Part shown: positions 53,998 through 64,000 of the stretch, one piece after another
Position numbering within the stretch: position 1 is the first letter of the stretch
How the letters are laid out: each line of letters begins with the position of its first letter
IMG/VR virus record: IMGVR_UViG_3300025892_000008
DNA from: a virus
Taxonomy: Duplodnaviria > Caudoviricetes
Reading direction: 5' to 3' (one strand)
Length of the DNA: 64,000 nt
Notes under the pieces: model-generated
The model's input: the letters and a program-made list of their open reading frames with translations, nothing else
The model's database searches: none
What the model was told of the DNA's origin: nothing
Program-made: the position numbers and the translations under genes

Positions 53998-54573
53998 CTA
54001 GGTTAGATCGCCACAGTCGAGGTCGATATCTGATGTAAATGTTAGTGTTCCAAAATCTATATTTGCTGTCTGCATTGCTAACTGTATTGCGTTTTGATAT
54101 ACTCCATTGATTGAACCAAAATCATAAGTTTGCAAATATTCAGTTACAGGAATTACTGTTTTAAAATTGACAGAACTTCCAGACGTCGTTACTTCTATAT
54201 CTTTTAAACCGGTTTCTGAACCTGGTGCTGCTATTCCTTGTAGTGTGATTTGTTCGTGAGTTGACGCTAACATGCTACCGCTATCAGTGTCAAATCTTAT
54301 AAACGCATCTTCCTGTGTAGTGTTAACAGTAAGAAAATCTGCAGATTCTTCAATTAATATTTTAGTTCCACTTACAAGAGATTTAAATTGTAAATCGTTA
54401 TTTAATTTCTGTTTAAATACACCTGCACCTAACCCACTGTTTGACGCTGTTATAGTAAGCCCTGTATTAAGTTCAGAAAAGTTAGCATTTACCTTTAGAA
54501 ACGCTGTTCTTAGATCATCACCTAATCCGTCGTTTACTAAATTTCCTACATTAATTGTTTGTATTGTTGCCAT
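53998..54573 (-). CDS. structural protein with gp9/gp10-like N-terminal motif
   Basis: INVGNLVNDGLGDDLRTAFLKVNANF. Confidence 0.7.
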   Translation of the reverse strand: MATIQTINVGNLVNDGLGDDLRTAFLKVNANFSELNTGLTITASNSGLGAGVFKQKLNNDLQFKSLVSGTKILIEESADFLTVNTTQEDAFIRFDTDSGSMLASTHEQITLQGIAAPGSETGLKDIEVTTSGSSVNFKTVIPVTEYLQTYDFGSINGVYQNAIQLAMQTANIDFGTLTFTSDIDLDCGDLT

Positions 54574-54594
54574 TTTTCTTTCCTATATGTATAT

Positions 54595-54849
54595 TTAGTG
54601 GAGATCCGCCCACCCTGCTGTGCTATCATTATTAGCATCTGCAGCATAACCTTGAAACTTTCCTGATGTTGTATTATAAACCATCATACCAAAAACTGGT
54701 GTAAGAGCATCTATCTCAGTCTGTGTAAGTTGCGGTGGACCAATATATACTTCATCAAAGTTTTGATTGATTTTGTTAAAGGCAGTACGTAGATTATCGC
54801 CTGTTCTATCGTTTGCACTAGAGCCAATGTTTACTGTAAGTTTTGCCAT
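54595..54849 (-). CDS. short structural protein with gp9/gp10-like N-terminal motif
   Basis: VNIGSSANDRTGDNLRTAFNKINQNF. Confidence 0.7.
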   Translation of the reverse strand: MAKLTVNIGSSANDRTGDNLRTAFNKINQNFDEVYIGPPQLTQTEIDALTPVFGMMVYNTTSGKFQGYAADANNDSTAGWADLH

Positions 54850-54859
54850 TTATCCGCTC

Positions 54860-57154
54860 CTATACCCAACCGCCGATTGCAATTTTGCCCCAGCCCGTAC
54901 TCTTGCGGACATAGACATAACTGTCATCAACTCTAATTTCACCTATAGGTGCTACTTCTGTTTCTGAAGCCGGAGCCGCTGCACCTGGTGCAATAGTTCC
55001 TAACACTGTTCCTGATTCATTAATAACTACAGATGAGTCATCACTAAACACACTTCCGATAAGTTCACCTACGTGTGTTCCTCTAAGAACTCCATCTACA
55101 CCATCAACTAATTGTGTACTATTATCTGCAAATACTGAACCTGTTATATCACCTGTAAAGTTAAATTCAGGATTCGCTGTATGTGTTATCTCTCCTGACG
55201 AAGCATCGTACATCAACATAGTTGTACCAACTGCACTTCTAATTGGTTTAACTACAAATGTATCTGCTCCAGCCTCAGTTAAAATATTGCCAGTTGCGTT
55301 AATTACAATTGAGTTTGCTGCTTGGTTTGAATAGCCTGCTTGATAACCAATTGCTATTGCACTTGCACCTTGAGTTGTATAACCGGCGCTGTTTCCAAGT
55401 GCTGTTGCTTGAGTGCCTTGAGTAAAACTTCCTGCGCCGTACCCAACTGCCACTGCGTTGTCACCTTGATTGTCATAACCTGCTGTTTTACCAAGTGCTA
55501 CTGCTGAATCGCCTTGATTGTCATAACCTGCTGCGGTGCCAAGTGCTACTGCTGAATCGCTTTGATATCTGCTACCTGCCCGCTTACCAATTGCTACTGA
55601 TTCTGCGCCTTGAACTACTTCGCCTGCTTCAGATCCAACTGCTACTGCATCATCACCTTGCGTACTTTTACCTGCTTCTTTACCAATTGCTATTGCTTCT
55701 ATGCCTTGAGTAGTTCGACCTGCACTACTACCAAGTGCAACTGACCCAGCGGCTTGTGCGTTATTACCTGCTTGATTACCTATTGCTACTGAACTATTTT
55801 CTTGATCTGTTTGACCTGCTAGATATCCAAGTGCAATAGTTGGATTAGTTGTTCTTAAATTATATGTTTCTACTGGGCCAATGATCTTAGCATCTACAGC
55901 ATCTACTAGCACTGTTGAATCATCAGCAAACACACTACCTGTAATATCTGATTGTCCACTAAACGCAATGTTTAATGTTTGTGTTCCACTGTTTCCAGTA
56001 AGAACAATACCGTTTCCTTCTTCTACAACTAATGTACCTGCTATACTAGGAGCAGCCAAGAATGTTCCTTTTACATCTACAGTTCTATATGCATTACCAG
56101 CCGGAGAAGCATTTGTAATTGTTACAATACCAGTTGCTGCATCAGTAAATACCGTTAAAGCAGCACTACCAGGTTGTATTTCTAGTACACCTGCGTTTGT
56201 TATTTTTACATTATCTCCAGTGCTATTATCAATATTAATACCAGCGCCTGCTGCTCTACCACTAGGTAATGCTGTTGTGCTTTGTATACTTCGAACACCA
56301 GTGTTAGTTACTGTAACATTTCCTGTTGCAGAGCTAATACCTAAACCTAGTCCTGCTGTTAATTGTGTAACACCTGTGTTTGTAATTGTAATACTTTCAG
56401 CAGCACTATCCACTGCCATTGAAATTGCAGTTCCACTTATTAAATTTAATGTATCAACAAAGTCATCTGCTACTACTTGGTTTCCACTATCAACTTGTAC
56501 ACTTTTGAAAAATGTTTGATCTGGATTAATTATTAATGAACCGTTTACAGTTGAACCTAACGGTAAATCAATTATACCTCCAGGCTTACCTTTTATTTGT
56601 GCTGAACCTAACCAAACACCATTAAATGCATTTGCATCATTGTCAGAATGTTCACCTGTATATAAAGACTTCCACGGTTTAGTAACACTACCTAAGTTAA
56701 ATGTTGCAACACTATTAGGTGAAACATTCGTATTTAAATTTTCGAAATCCAAAGAATTGTATTCTGAAAATGCTTGGAAAATTCCACCACCTGAAGCATA
56801 TGCATCATATGTTGTGCCGTTTACTGATGTAGTTAAATTTTCGTCAGTATATAAATGAAAGGAAAATAAATCTATTAATTTTGCAAAAAAGTTTTGATTA
56901 TCTAATTGACTTATACCAGTGCTTGTTATGAATAATTTTTGACCATCGACTAACTCATGTTTGCTTGTAGCAACAACTCTAACAGGATTACTTTCTGAAG
57001 TTCCTGATTCAACATGGGCTATATCCTGATCACCTCCTCTCGAAAGTGTTGCGCCTATGATAGTAAAGTTTTCATTTACTTTTTCAAATGCTTCTTTTAC
57101 TCTGCTCCACACAATTGGTGGATTACCTGGATTAATATTACTATTGTATGCCAT
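54860..57154 (-). CDS. tail fibre/adhesin with YadA-head-like 16-aa repeats
   Basis: AFEKVNENF N-terminal motif; about 11 repeats of the form GDSAVALGxxAGYxxQ. Confidence 0.75.
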   Translation of the reverse strand: MAYNSNINPGNPPIVWSRVKEAFEKVNENFTIIGATLSRGGDQDIAHVESGTSESNPVRVVATSKHELVDGQKLFITSTGISQLDNQNFFAKLIDLFSFHLYTDENLTTSVNGTTYDAYASGGGIFQAFSEYNSLDFENLNTNVSPNSVATFNLGSVTKPWKSLYTGEHSDNDANAFNGVWLGSAQIKGKPGGIIDLPLGSTVNGSLIINPDQTFFKSVQVDSGNQVVADDFVDTLNLISGTAISMAVDSAAESITITNTGVTQLTAGLGLGISSATGNVTVTNTGVRSIQSTTALPSGRAAGAGINIDNSTGDNVKITNAGVLEIQPGSAALTVFTDAATGIVTITNASPAGNAYRTVDVKGTFLAAPSIAGTLVVEEGNGIVLTGNSGTQTLNIAFSGQSDITGSVFADDSTVLVDAVDAKIIGPVETYNLRTTNPTIALGYLAGQTDQENSSVAIGNQAGNNAQAAGSVALGSSAGRTTQGIEAIAIGKEAGKSTQGDDAVAVGSEAGEVVQGAESVAIGKRAGSRYQSDSAVALGTAAGYDNQGDSAVALGKTAGYDNQGDNAVAVGYGAGSFTQGTQATALGNSAGYTTQGASAIAIGYQAGYSNQAANSIVINATGNILTEAGADTFVVKPIRSAVGTTMLMYDASSGEITHTANPEFNFTGDITGSVFADNSTQLVDGVDGVLRGTHVGELIGSVFSDDSSVVINESGTVLGTIAPGAAAPASETEVAPIGEIRVDDSYVYVRKSTGWGKIAIGGWV
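55464..55559. repeat. 48-nt tandem duplication (44/48 identical) within the fibre repeats
   Basis: Units 55464-55511 and 55512-55559 compared by eye. Confidence 0.85.
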
Positions 57155-60100
57155 TATGATCTACCCACCGCTATTTCAATTGTTCCTATATGATCACTAT
57201 CGTAATCCTCAATTGCTTTACCAACAATTGTTCCTACTTTAGGATCTTCACTTACTGTTGCTACACCATGTATTCCTGCTGTAACTAATATATCACCTTT
57301 CTTAATTTTTCCTACAACTTTGCAAGGTACTCTACCAACAAGTGCTACTAGGTTTTTATGTCCTGGGCATGCTGTATACATAACATATGCTGCTGTATTT
57401 GATACAACACCTGCTATTCTCTTATCTGTGCCTGTGTTCGAAGTTGTAACTTCCTTGTCACCACCAAATACTAACACTGTTCCGACTTCGTATTCCTTGT
57501 CACCTTCGTAGTATTCTGCAACGTCTGCTGAGTATGTTGCTTCAAGTCTAGATTCATTAGGTGAACTTCCTGTAAGACTCCATCTACCTGTAATTGTACC
57601 AGCAGTAGTATTGCCGCCTGTTGTTAAACTGCTTACTTGAATGCTTGATGCAATAATAGGAGCATTTGCTAAACCATTTTGAGTTCTAAATGTGTGGTTA
57701 TCATTATCATAAAAGTTTGATTTGTCTGATGCAAGTGTGCCGTCTTGTAAGAAAATTCCGCCGCCACCTCCGCCGCCAGTGCCGCCAAACGTATGCAATC
57801 TAATAAATCCACCTGACCCAGATGTTCCAGAATCAACTGCTTCAAAGCCGTCAATGTTATACTGTGCTACGTCAATTATTCTACCACCGAAGTCACCGTT
57901 ACTATCTCTAATTATAAGTTTGCCTGCTTCGACTGTACTACTATCACCTGCTGCATAGTCAATAATACCGTAATCACTATCAGAAGTTCCTGAACTTGCA
58001 TTTGTTCTAGCAAGTAAACCTACACTACCAAACTGTGATTTCTTAACAGAACCACCTGCATCTACAATTGTTGTAAATGGAATATCTGCAACGTCACCAG
58101 GTGTTAGTGCATCATTACCTAACACACTCTGTGCAGCAACTTGTGCTAGTGCTGACTTAGGTGTACCGTTGTCTTTTAGTTGTACCCAACCGTCAGTTAC
58201 AGTAAATTCTGTACTACTGAAACTTGCTAAACCACTGCGTGCTTGTTTGACTGCTGCTGTTCCTGTTGGTGCATTTACATCAGTACCTGCTAATTGCATT
58301 AATAATTTACTTTGAGCAATGTCAGCAGTTGCATTAACGTCTGCATCTAAAATTACATTAGGATTAAGTTGCGCATCAATTGAGTTTGCTGTTGAATCAA
58401 TATCTAAACTTATATCACCTACAACTGTAACGTTTACAGCATCTCTATCATTACCTGTAAACACAAGTAATTGGTTTGCTGCTAAATCTGTAAATGTAAA
58501 GTTTTGTAGGTTATCAAAAGTAAAACTTCTCAAGTTCATTGCATCTTGAGGGTTAACTGGATTGGCAATATTTACAATTTTGTTTTGATTAAGATCCATG
58601 TTGGCTTTCATAGCCTGTTGACCACTTAGGTCCATAAATCCACCAGTAACACTAGGTATTAAATTAGCATCAATAACCTTAGCACCACTGTGCGAGATAC
58701 CTAATCTTCTTTCAATGTAAAGTCTTGCAGCATTCTCTGTAGGAACAGTATCAACTGCGTTATCTGAGAATGAACTATCTGTTGAGAATTCCGAAACTGG
58801 AACACCTCGTTTGAATCCAATACCGTCCAAGTTACTCAAAGCAATCGCTGCTGAGAATGTCACACGTCCTGTTCCTTGGTCAACTTTAAAGAAAGGTCCT
58901 ACGTTAAAGTTACCAAACTGGTCAGTGGTTACATAGAACACACGTCCCACAGTACGTTCTTGTGTTTCATTATCTGCGTTTAATGCATTAACTGCTGGAC
59001 CATAAATTTCGTTTGGATAGTTTGTATCTGCATACGAACCACTACCAATTTCAAGTAAGTCATGTCCAGTTACACGAGTTAATGAAATTCTAATAGTTAA
59101 GTTACCATAACTGTTTAAACTCCTAGTTGGAACTGCACTTCGTATTGTGTAAGATCCTTCAAATTCTATTATACTATCTTCTAGTGGTCTATTAAGAGTT
59201 ATTCTAGCATAGTTATCGTTAAGATCGTCTTCTGATTCATACTGGCTAACAATATATTCTTCACCTTTGAATACAAATCTTGAATTAGCAACCCGCGCTC
59301 GCTCTTGAGGAGCAACCGGAACAACACTAATCGTTGAATCACCTGCTCTACCTAATACTTTTGCAAAAGTCTGTGTTCCACTTTGTGTACCTGAAGTATC
59401 AACTTCTACTGAACTTGCAAGTGCAGGTGGTGTAGTTGTTACAGTAAATTGTACAGAACTAGCACCTAAACTATCTTTATTGTTATTGGATACAAAATAG
59501 TGTAGACTTTCGTTTAAACCAGTTGGTAATGATCCTGTTGTTTTTAATCTAATTACATCACCAACTGCAAATCCATGCGGTGATGCAGTTGTGAATACTG
59601 CTGGTGCTGCAACACTAATACTAGTAAGCCCTGTAAATGCTCCAGGAACCACAGGATTTGCACCAGTTGTGCCAACACTTTCACTAGGTTGATATACAGT
59701 TAAATCAATGTAATCATAGTTTTCTCTAAGCGTAGTCTTTGTAATACCATCTGCTATTGCAGTTATATCTCCAGAACCAGCACCTGTTACTTCTAGTGCA
59801 GCACTAGTTTTACTTGTACCAATTTCAAAAGTTGTAGATGTTAAATTTGTTTCTAGTACAAAATATGTAATACCAGCAGTAATTCCTGTTGGTAATGTTC
59901 CAGTCGAAGCAAATGTTAGTCTATAGTCTGCTAACTGTTTGTGAGCAATAACATTTACTAAACTTAATCCTGATCCATTAGTTAAGCCTCCAAGTAATGT
60001 ACCGCCTAATGACGTAGTAAGTTGTATTGTATTATAAGTAGGAACATCAAATACATAATAAGTTGTTGATGCTGTTAATCCGTTTGCTGTAGTCTTAGGA

Positions 60101-63100
60101 ACAAATGTATCACCACGTCTTAATCCGTGGTTTCTATCTGTAGTAAGCGTATTATTACTTGCAATATCAGTTACAGTAATAGTAAATGTTAGTACTGTAG
60201 GGTTTGCTACAGTAAATTCTACATCAAAAGCACCTCTACCTGCTGTGCTATCATTAAAATCTTCAAATTGTAATACACGATAAACATCGGTTGGCGATTC
60301 AGCAAAACGTAAACCTGTTGATGGTCTTGTAGCAACGTCAGCAAGTTCACCTGTTAAAACAATTTGAGAATTACTTCTAAGTGACAACTTCGTTCCATCT
60401 GAAATAGCAGCAAACAATCCATCAAAGTTTCCTGTTGTATCACTTGTTAAATTAAGTTTTGCAACACCTGTTGGTAAGTCTGTAGTTGAAACTGATGTAA
60501 CAGGATATCTAAAAATTAAATTACCATGGTCGACTTCAAGTTCTGAATTGTTAAGAGGAGTATAATCATAATTGTTAACATATACAACTAACCCACCCGT
60601 TACGTTTTGGAAAGAAGCACTTGGGAAATAACAATCAACTCTCTGTGCAACATCATAATACAATGTTGTAGGAGTTGGAACTTCAAGTGGGTCTGAACCA
60701 TCTGCAACCAATGCATAGATACCATGTGCAGAAGAACCACCAATACTTCTAATCTGCGCACCATTAAGTGACATGTAAGAAGCATAACAGTAATATGTAA
60801 ACATAGATACTGCTTCTGTTAAACCACCGTTAGTAGCCAACAAGCCGTAACCCATATCTGAAATCTGTGTAAAGTCATTCGATAACATTGATCTGTTACC
60901 AGGCATCAATATTTCATATTTTCTCTGATAACTGTGTGTTCCGCTGCCTGCACTAGTTGTTGCAATTTGGACACTGCCTAAAAATTGAGAAGTTATTCTA
61001 AATGTGTTACCTGTTAGTCCTGTTTCAGAAACATAATATTCTTTGCCGGCTACTATTCCTGTTGGCAATGTTCCTGTTGTACTAAAGACAATTGTAGCGC
61101 CTGCTTGTAACCCGTGATCTGTTTTAGTAAACACAGCAGGATCTGCTTGTGTAATACTTGTTAATGTTTGTGCACCGGGTGTTAAACTAAAAGGTGTAGT
61201 TTCATCAAGTACAAGTGTTGCAGTACTTCCGCTCGCACCATATACATAATCTCTAACATAGTTTACTTTGAAAATATCATCGCCAACAATAAATGATGCT
61301 GGTAGTTCTGGGAATCTATCTAGTCCTGCTACATTAATACGTGTTGTGCTTGTGCTACTAGCGTGTAAAAATTGTAAGTTACCAGCAAACCCGTCAACAA
61401 ACATACCGCCTGCAAATGTTTGTGCGTTAATAGATTTACTAAATGAAGCACATTCCTGTGCATAAGGTGACTTAGCAAGTATCTGTCCTGTTGGATCAAG
61501 TGTCATAGCAAAACCGCCATGTCCTTGCATTGTCATCGCTCTAAGTATTACAGCATCGTTACATAAGAATACGTCAAGTTTATCATTATCTTTAGGATAG
61601 TTTACACTTCCTGATCCATCAATTACATCTTCTAGTGCATCAAATAACTCTTCTAGTACACCTTCTGTACCAGTTTCTTTAACAAATGCTGCATCAGTAA
61701 TTTGAAGGAACCCTGTATTATAAACTGTTGTAATAGGATCATTAGCAATAATTTTATCTAGTATAGTTTCTAAATATGTAAGTGATGCAAGTGTTTCAGA
61801 AAGTTGAGTTGTAATTGCAAGTCTTCCACTTGCATTTTGATAATATTTTAAACCTGCTGATATAGTTCTATTGTATTCACCATACTTCAAATCAAATATC
61901 ATTGCATCTAGTATCAGTCCAACATCTCGTTTACATAATGCTTCACTATAAGTGAATGAAGATGTATAAGGTGCTATGTTATTTGTGATTTGATAGTTAA
62001 TCCAAGCAGCAATTTCTTCTTGCAAAAATGTTCTATTTAATTTTATAAGTGCTGCTGATGCTTTGTAGCCGCCGCCGTTGTTTATTCTAGGATATACAGG
62101 TTGTGTAGTATCTTCTAGGTAATGGTATCCATATAAATCGCTTGCAGTTGTAAGTCCATCAATGGTTGTATCTCTTCTAAATCTTTGGAAAGCCCAAGGA
62201 GAACTAGAAGTTCCTGCTCTTGGCTTTATGATACAACGTCTAAATTCATTACCTACAATAGCAACGTTCTGCGGAACTTTAATAGGATAGTTTTCCTCGT
62301 ACACTCCGCTTTCAAGTAAGATAGTAATTTGTGTTTGGTTACTAATATCACCATATGATAGTTCTTCACCAATTTGGAAATTACCAAACTTAATATCAAC
62401 ATCAAATATTTCATTTCCACTACTATCTAATGCACCTTCATGTGCAAGTATCTGTGCTTGTGCACCAGATGTTAAACCTTTAATAAACAAGCCTTCTCTA
62501 ATATCTCTTGTTCTAAATGCAACTTCAGTGTCTGTTAAAACATCACCAGTATAATCAGTGCGCTGTCCTTCAGTCTTTAAAAGGAATCTAGGCAAATCAG
62601 CCGCAACAGTTGGAATGCTAGTAAATCCGCTTCCACTATCAGTAACTTCGATAGCAGTAATAACACCACCAACTACGGTTGCTTCACCAAACGCACCTAC
62701 GCCGCCTCCGCCAGTAATACGTACTGAAACTAAACTGTGTCCTGATCCACCATTACTAATTGTAACGTTGTTTACTTTGTAAGTAACATTAAATGTTGCA
62801 CCCGAACCAAATGCACTATCTGAAGTAGTTGTAACTCCAGTAGAACCTGGCAATGCAGTATAGTTACCTGAACTAAGTTGTTTAAATGTTACAACACCGC
62901 CTGGTGAAGATGCAGTTGTTAAAACTTCATATTTTGCAGCGCCACCTGTTCCGCCAGCAAGAGTAATAATGTCTCCTGCTTGGTAGTTTGTTCCTACAGC
63001 ATTTAATGTAATAGTATCAACACTTAGTCTTGGTGATCCAACAAACCCTGTACCTGATGTAGGTGATGTACCAATAGTTGCTAGTTCAACTGATTTTGTT

Positions 63101-63909
63101 CCGTTAGCATAAGTTAATTTCTTTTCGTATGGACCAATATCGTCGTTAGATTCAAGTAAAATTTCTTCTGCTTTTTTACATGCTGCTTCAAGTGTTCTGT
63201 AGGCATAAGCAAGTGCTCTACCTTGTAAGGCATCTGAAACTCCTGTTCTAACATCAGAACCTGATGTTGCAACATATAAGTTTACACTCGATCCAAAAGA
63301 TGATCCGTCAACATATGATTTAGTCGCAGCAATTAATCCATCGTATCTAGCATCGTCATCCGGTTCAGGAGAACGTGAAAGAATCAACGGCCCACTCATA
63401 GTTCCAAAAGAAATATTTGTTGCGCCTGTAGCAGGATCTATTGCGTCAACACCAGCCTTTGAAATCTTTGAATCAACGTAGCCTTTGTTTGCTGCTTCAT
63501 CATCTGAAACAGGAGTAGCCATATCTTTAATACGGTATGTGTTACCACCTGAAGCAACAGATAAGTTACCACCAAGTTGTGGTGACGTATCACCTGATAT
63601 TTCAGAAAACTCTGTGCTTACAATAATTTGGTTACTATTACTAGTAGTATCAACTGCTACACCAGTTCCGCCTGTAATCTGTTTAAATTGTAGTCCGTCT
63701 GTAGTATTATTAACAGAAACAACTGCTGCTTCTTGCCCAACGAAATTGGATGGTGTATCATCAAGTCCTAAGAAAGTTAATTTTTCTCCTAAACCTAATG
63801 AACTGTATAATTCTCTAAAGTTATCGTTTACTTTACTAAACGAATCGCGGATACTATCGCCAGTTCCGTCGTTACCTACTACACCGGTATCTATTACTTT
63901 TCTTGCCAT
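57154..63909 (-). CDS. giant tail fibre / baseplate-attached protein (2251 aa) with C-terminal intramolecular-chaperone-like domain
   Basis: IDTGVVGNDGTGDSIRDSFSKVNDNF N-terminus; repeated TGTLPTG...(Y)YV modules; C-terminal ADVAEYY...GVVS...LVGRVPCKV; ATAAATA at 63947-63941. Confidence 0.8.
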   Translation of the reverse strand: MARKVIDTGVVGNDGTGDSIRDSFSKVNDNFRELYSSLGLGEKLTFLGLDDTPSNFVGQEAAVVSVNNTTDGLQFKQITGGTGVAVDTTSNSNQIIVSTEFSEISGDTSPQLGGNLSVASGGNTYRIKDMATPVSDDEAANKGYVDSKISKAGVDAIDPATGATNISFGTMSGPLILSRSPEPDDDARYDGLIAATKSYVDGSSFGSSVNLYVATSGSDVRTGVSDALQGRALAYAYRTLEAACKKAEEILLESNDDIGPYEKKLTYANGTKSVELATIGTSPTSGTGFVGSPRLSVDTITLNAVGTNYQAGDIITLAGGTGGAAKYEVLTTASSPGGVVTFKQLSSGNYTALPGSTGVTTTSDSAFGSGATFNVTYKVNNVTISNGGSGHSLVSVRITGGGGVGAFGEATVVGGVITAIEVTDSGSGFTSIPTVAADLPRFLLKTEGQRTDYTGDVLTDTEVAFRTRDIREGLFIKGLTSGAQAQILAHEGALDSSGNEIFDVDIKFGNFQIGEELSYGDISNQTQITILLESGVYEENYPIKVPQNVAIVGNEFRRCIIKPRAGTSSSPWAFQRFRRDTTIDGLTTASDLYGYHYLEDTTQPVYPRINNGGGYKASAALIKLNRTFLQEEIAAWINYQITNNIAPYTSSFTYSEALCKRDVGLILDAMIFDLKYGEYNRTISAGLKYYQNASGRLAITTQLSETLASLTYLETILDKIIANDPITTVYNTGFLQITDAAFVKETGTEGVLEELFDALEDVIDGSGSVNYPKDNDKLDVFLCNDAVILRAMTMQGHGGFAMTLDPTGQILAKSPYAQECASFSKSINAQTFAGGMFVDGFAGNLQFLHASSTSTTRINVAGLDRFPELPASFIVGDDIFKVNYVRDYVYGASGSTATLVLDETTPFSLTPGAQTLTSITQADPAVFTKTDHGLQAGATIVFSTTGTLPTGIVAGKEYYVSETGLTGNTFRITSQFLGSVQIATTSAGSGTHSYQRKYEILMPGNRSMLSNDFTQISDMGYGLLATNGGLTEAVSMFTYYCYASYMSLNGAQIRSIGGSSAHGIYALVADGSDPLEVPTPTTLYYDVAQRVDCYFPSASFQNVTGGLVVYVNNYDYTPLNNSELEVDHGNLIFRYPVTSVSTTDLPTGVAKLNLTSDTTGNFDGLFAAISDGTKLSLRSNSQIVLTGELADVATRPSTGLRFAESPTDVYRVLQFEDFNDSTAGRGAFDVEFTVANPTVLTFTITVTDIASNNTLTTDRNHGLRRGDTFVPKTTANGLTASTTYYVFDVPTYNTIQLTTSLGGTLLGGLTNGSGLSLVNVIAHKQLADYRLTFASTGTLPTGITAGITYFVLETNLTSTTFEIGTSKTSAALEVTGAGSGDITAIADGITKTTLRENYDYIDLTVYQPSESVGTTGANPVVPGAFTGLTSISVAAPAVFTTASPHGFAVGDVIRLKTTGSLPTGLNESLHYFVSNNNKDSLGASSVQFTVTTTPPALASSVEVDTSGTQSGTQTFAKVLGRAGDSTISVVPVAPQERARVANSRFVFKGEEYIVSQYESEDDLNDNYARITLNRPLEDSIIEFEGSYTIRSAVPTRSLNSYGNLTIRISLTRVTGHDLLEIGSGSYADTNYPNEIYGPAVNALNADNETQERTVGRVFYVTTDQFGNFNVGPFFKVDQGTGRVTFSAAIALSNLDGIGFKRGVPVSEFSTDSSFSDNAVDTVPTENAARLYIERRLGISHSGAKVIDANLIPSVTGGFMDLSGQQAMKANMDLNQNKIVNIANPVNPQDAMNLRSFTFDNLQNFTFTDLAANQLLVFTGNDRDAVNVTVVGDISLDIDSTANSIDAQLNPNVILDADVNATADIAQSKLLMQLAGTDVNAPTGTAAVKQARSGLASFSSTEFTVTDGWVQLKDNGTPKSALAQVAAQSVLGNDALTPGDVADIPFTTIVDAGGSVKKSQFGSVGLLARTNASSGTSDSDYGIIDYAAGDSSTVEAGKLIIRDSNGDFGGRIIDVAQYNIDGFEAVDSGTSGSGGFIRLHTFGGTGGGGGGGIFLQDGTLASDKSNFYDNDNHTFRTQNGLANAPIIASSIQVSSLTTGGNTTAGTITGRWSLTGSSPNESRLEATYSADVAEYYEGDKEYEVGTVLVFGGDKEVTTSNTGTDKRIAGVVSNTAAYVMYTACPGHKNLVALVGRVPCKVVGKIKKGDILVTAGIHGVATVSEDPKVGTIVGKAIEDYDSDHIGTIEIAVGRS

Positions 63910-64000
63910 CTTATCCCCTAGAAGTCCTTTGTTTCAATAATATTTATCAATTTATTCTGTAAGCCTAATGTAAAATAGTAAATATAACTATGTTTATAGG

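Noticed and set aside
34520-55559. Tandem repeats as CRISPR or DGR features
   Set aside because: They are in-frame coding repeats without spacers. No reverse transcriptase or adenine-specific template/variable repeat pair was seen.
349-63940. Numerous 60-210 aa ORFs antisense to or nested in long genes (e.g. 55881-56519 +, 42533-42991 +, 63485-63940 +, 4950-5360 +)
   Set aside because: They are shadows of strongly supported genes, with no SD or promoter and with compositions explained by the opposite strand's codon bias.
1-64000. Stop-codon reassignment, as seen in some large phages
   Set aside because: Long genes are intact in the standard code, and TAA, TAG and TGA all terminate genes with tight coupling.

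Overview
AT-rich, densely coding fragment of a large T4-like (jumbo-type) myophage genome in the standard genetic code. The host is probably Gram-negative: there is an i-/o-spanin pair and sigma70-type promoters. Layout: (1) 76-11663 (+) is a late-promoter glycan-synthesis operon with GT-A and GT10-like glycosyltransferases, two radical SAM enzymes, an SGNH-like protein and a UDP-sugar dehydrogenase. (2) 11.6-30.8 kb (-) holds replication and nucleotide genes (RNase H/5' exonuclease, family B polymerase, sliding clamp) interleaved with a 7-deazaguanine pathway (QueE, FolE, a DpdL-like T-fold protein, a TGT/DpdA-like transglycosylase), a GT4-type glycosyltransferase, a PRTase, a HIT protein and an MBD4-like glycosylase. 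(3) 30.9-37.4 kb (-) is a run of late genes sharing a T4 capsid-targeting-like N-terminus. (4) Next come ClpA/PDF/DnaJ and a lysis cassette containing an acyl-carrier-protein homologue whose phosphopantetheine serine is replaced by Glu. (5) Then PhoH, ferredoxin, clamp loader, MazG, GroES and a mini-DnaE fragment. (6) 50.8-63.9 kb (-) encodes baseplate and tail-fibre proteins. I saw no tRNA, CRISPR array or mobile element. All family assignments come from motif recognition by eye, not from database searches.
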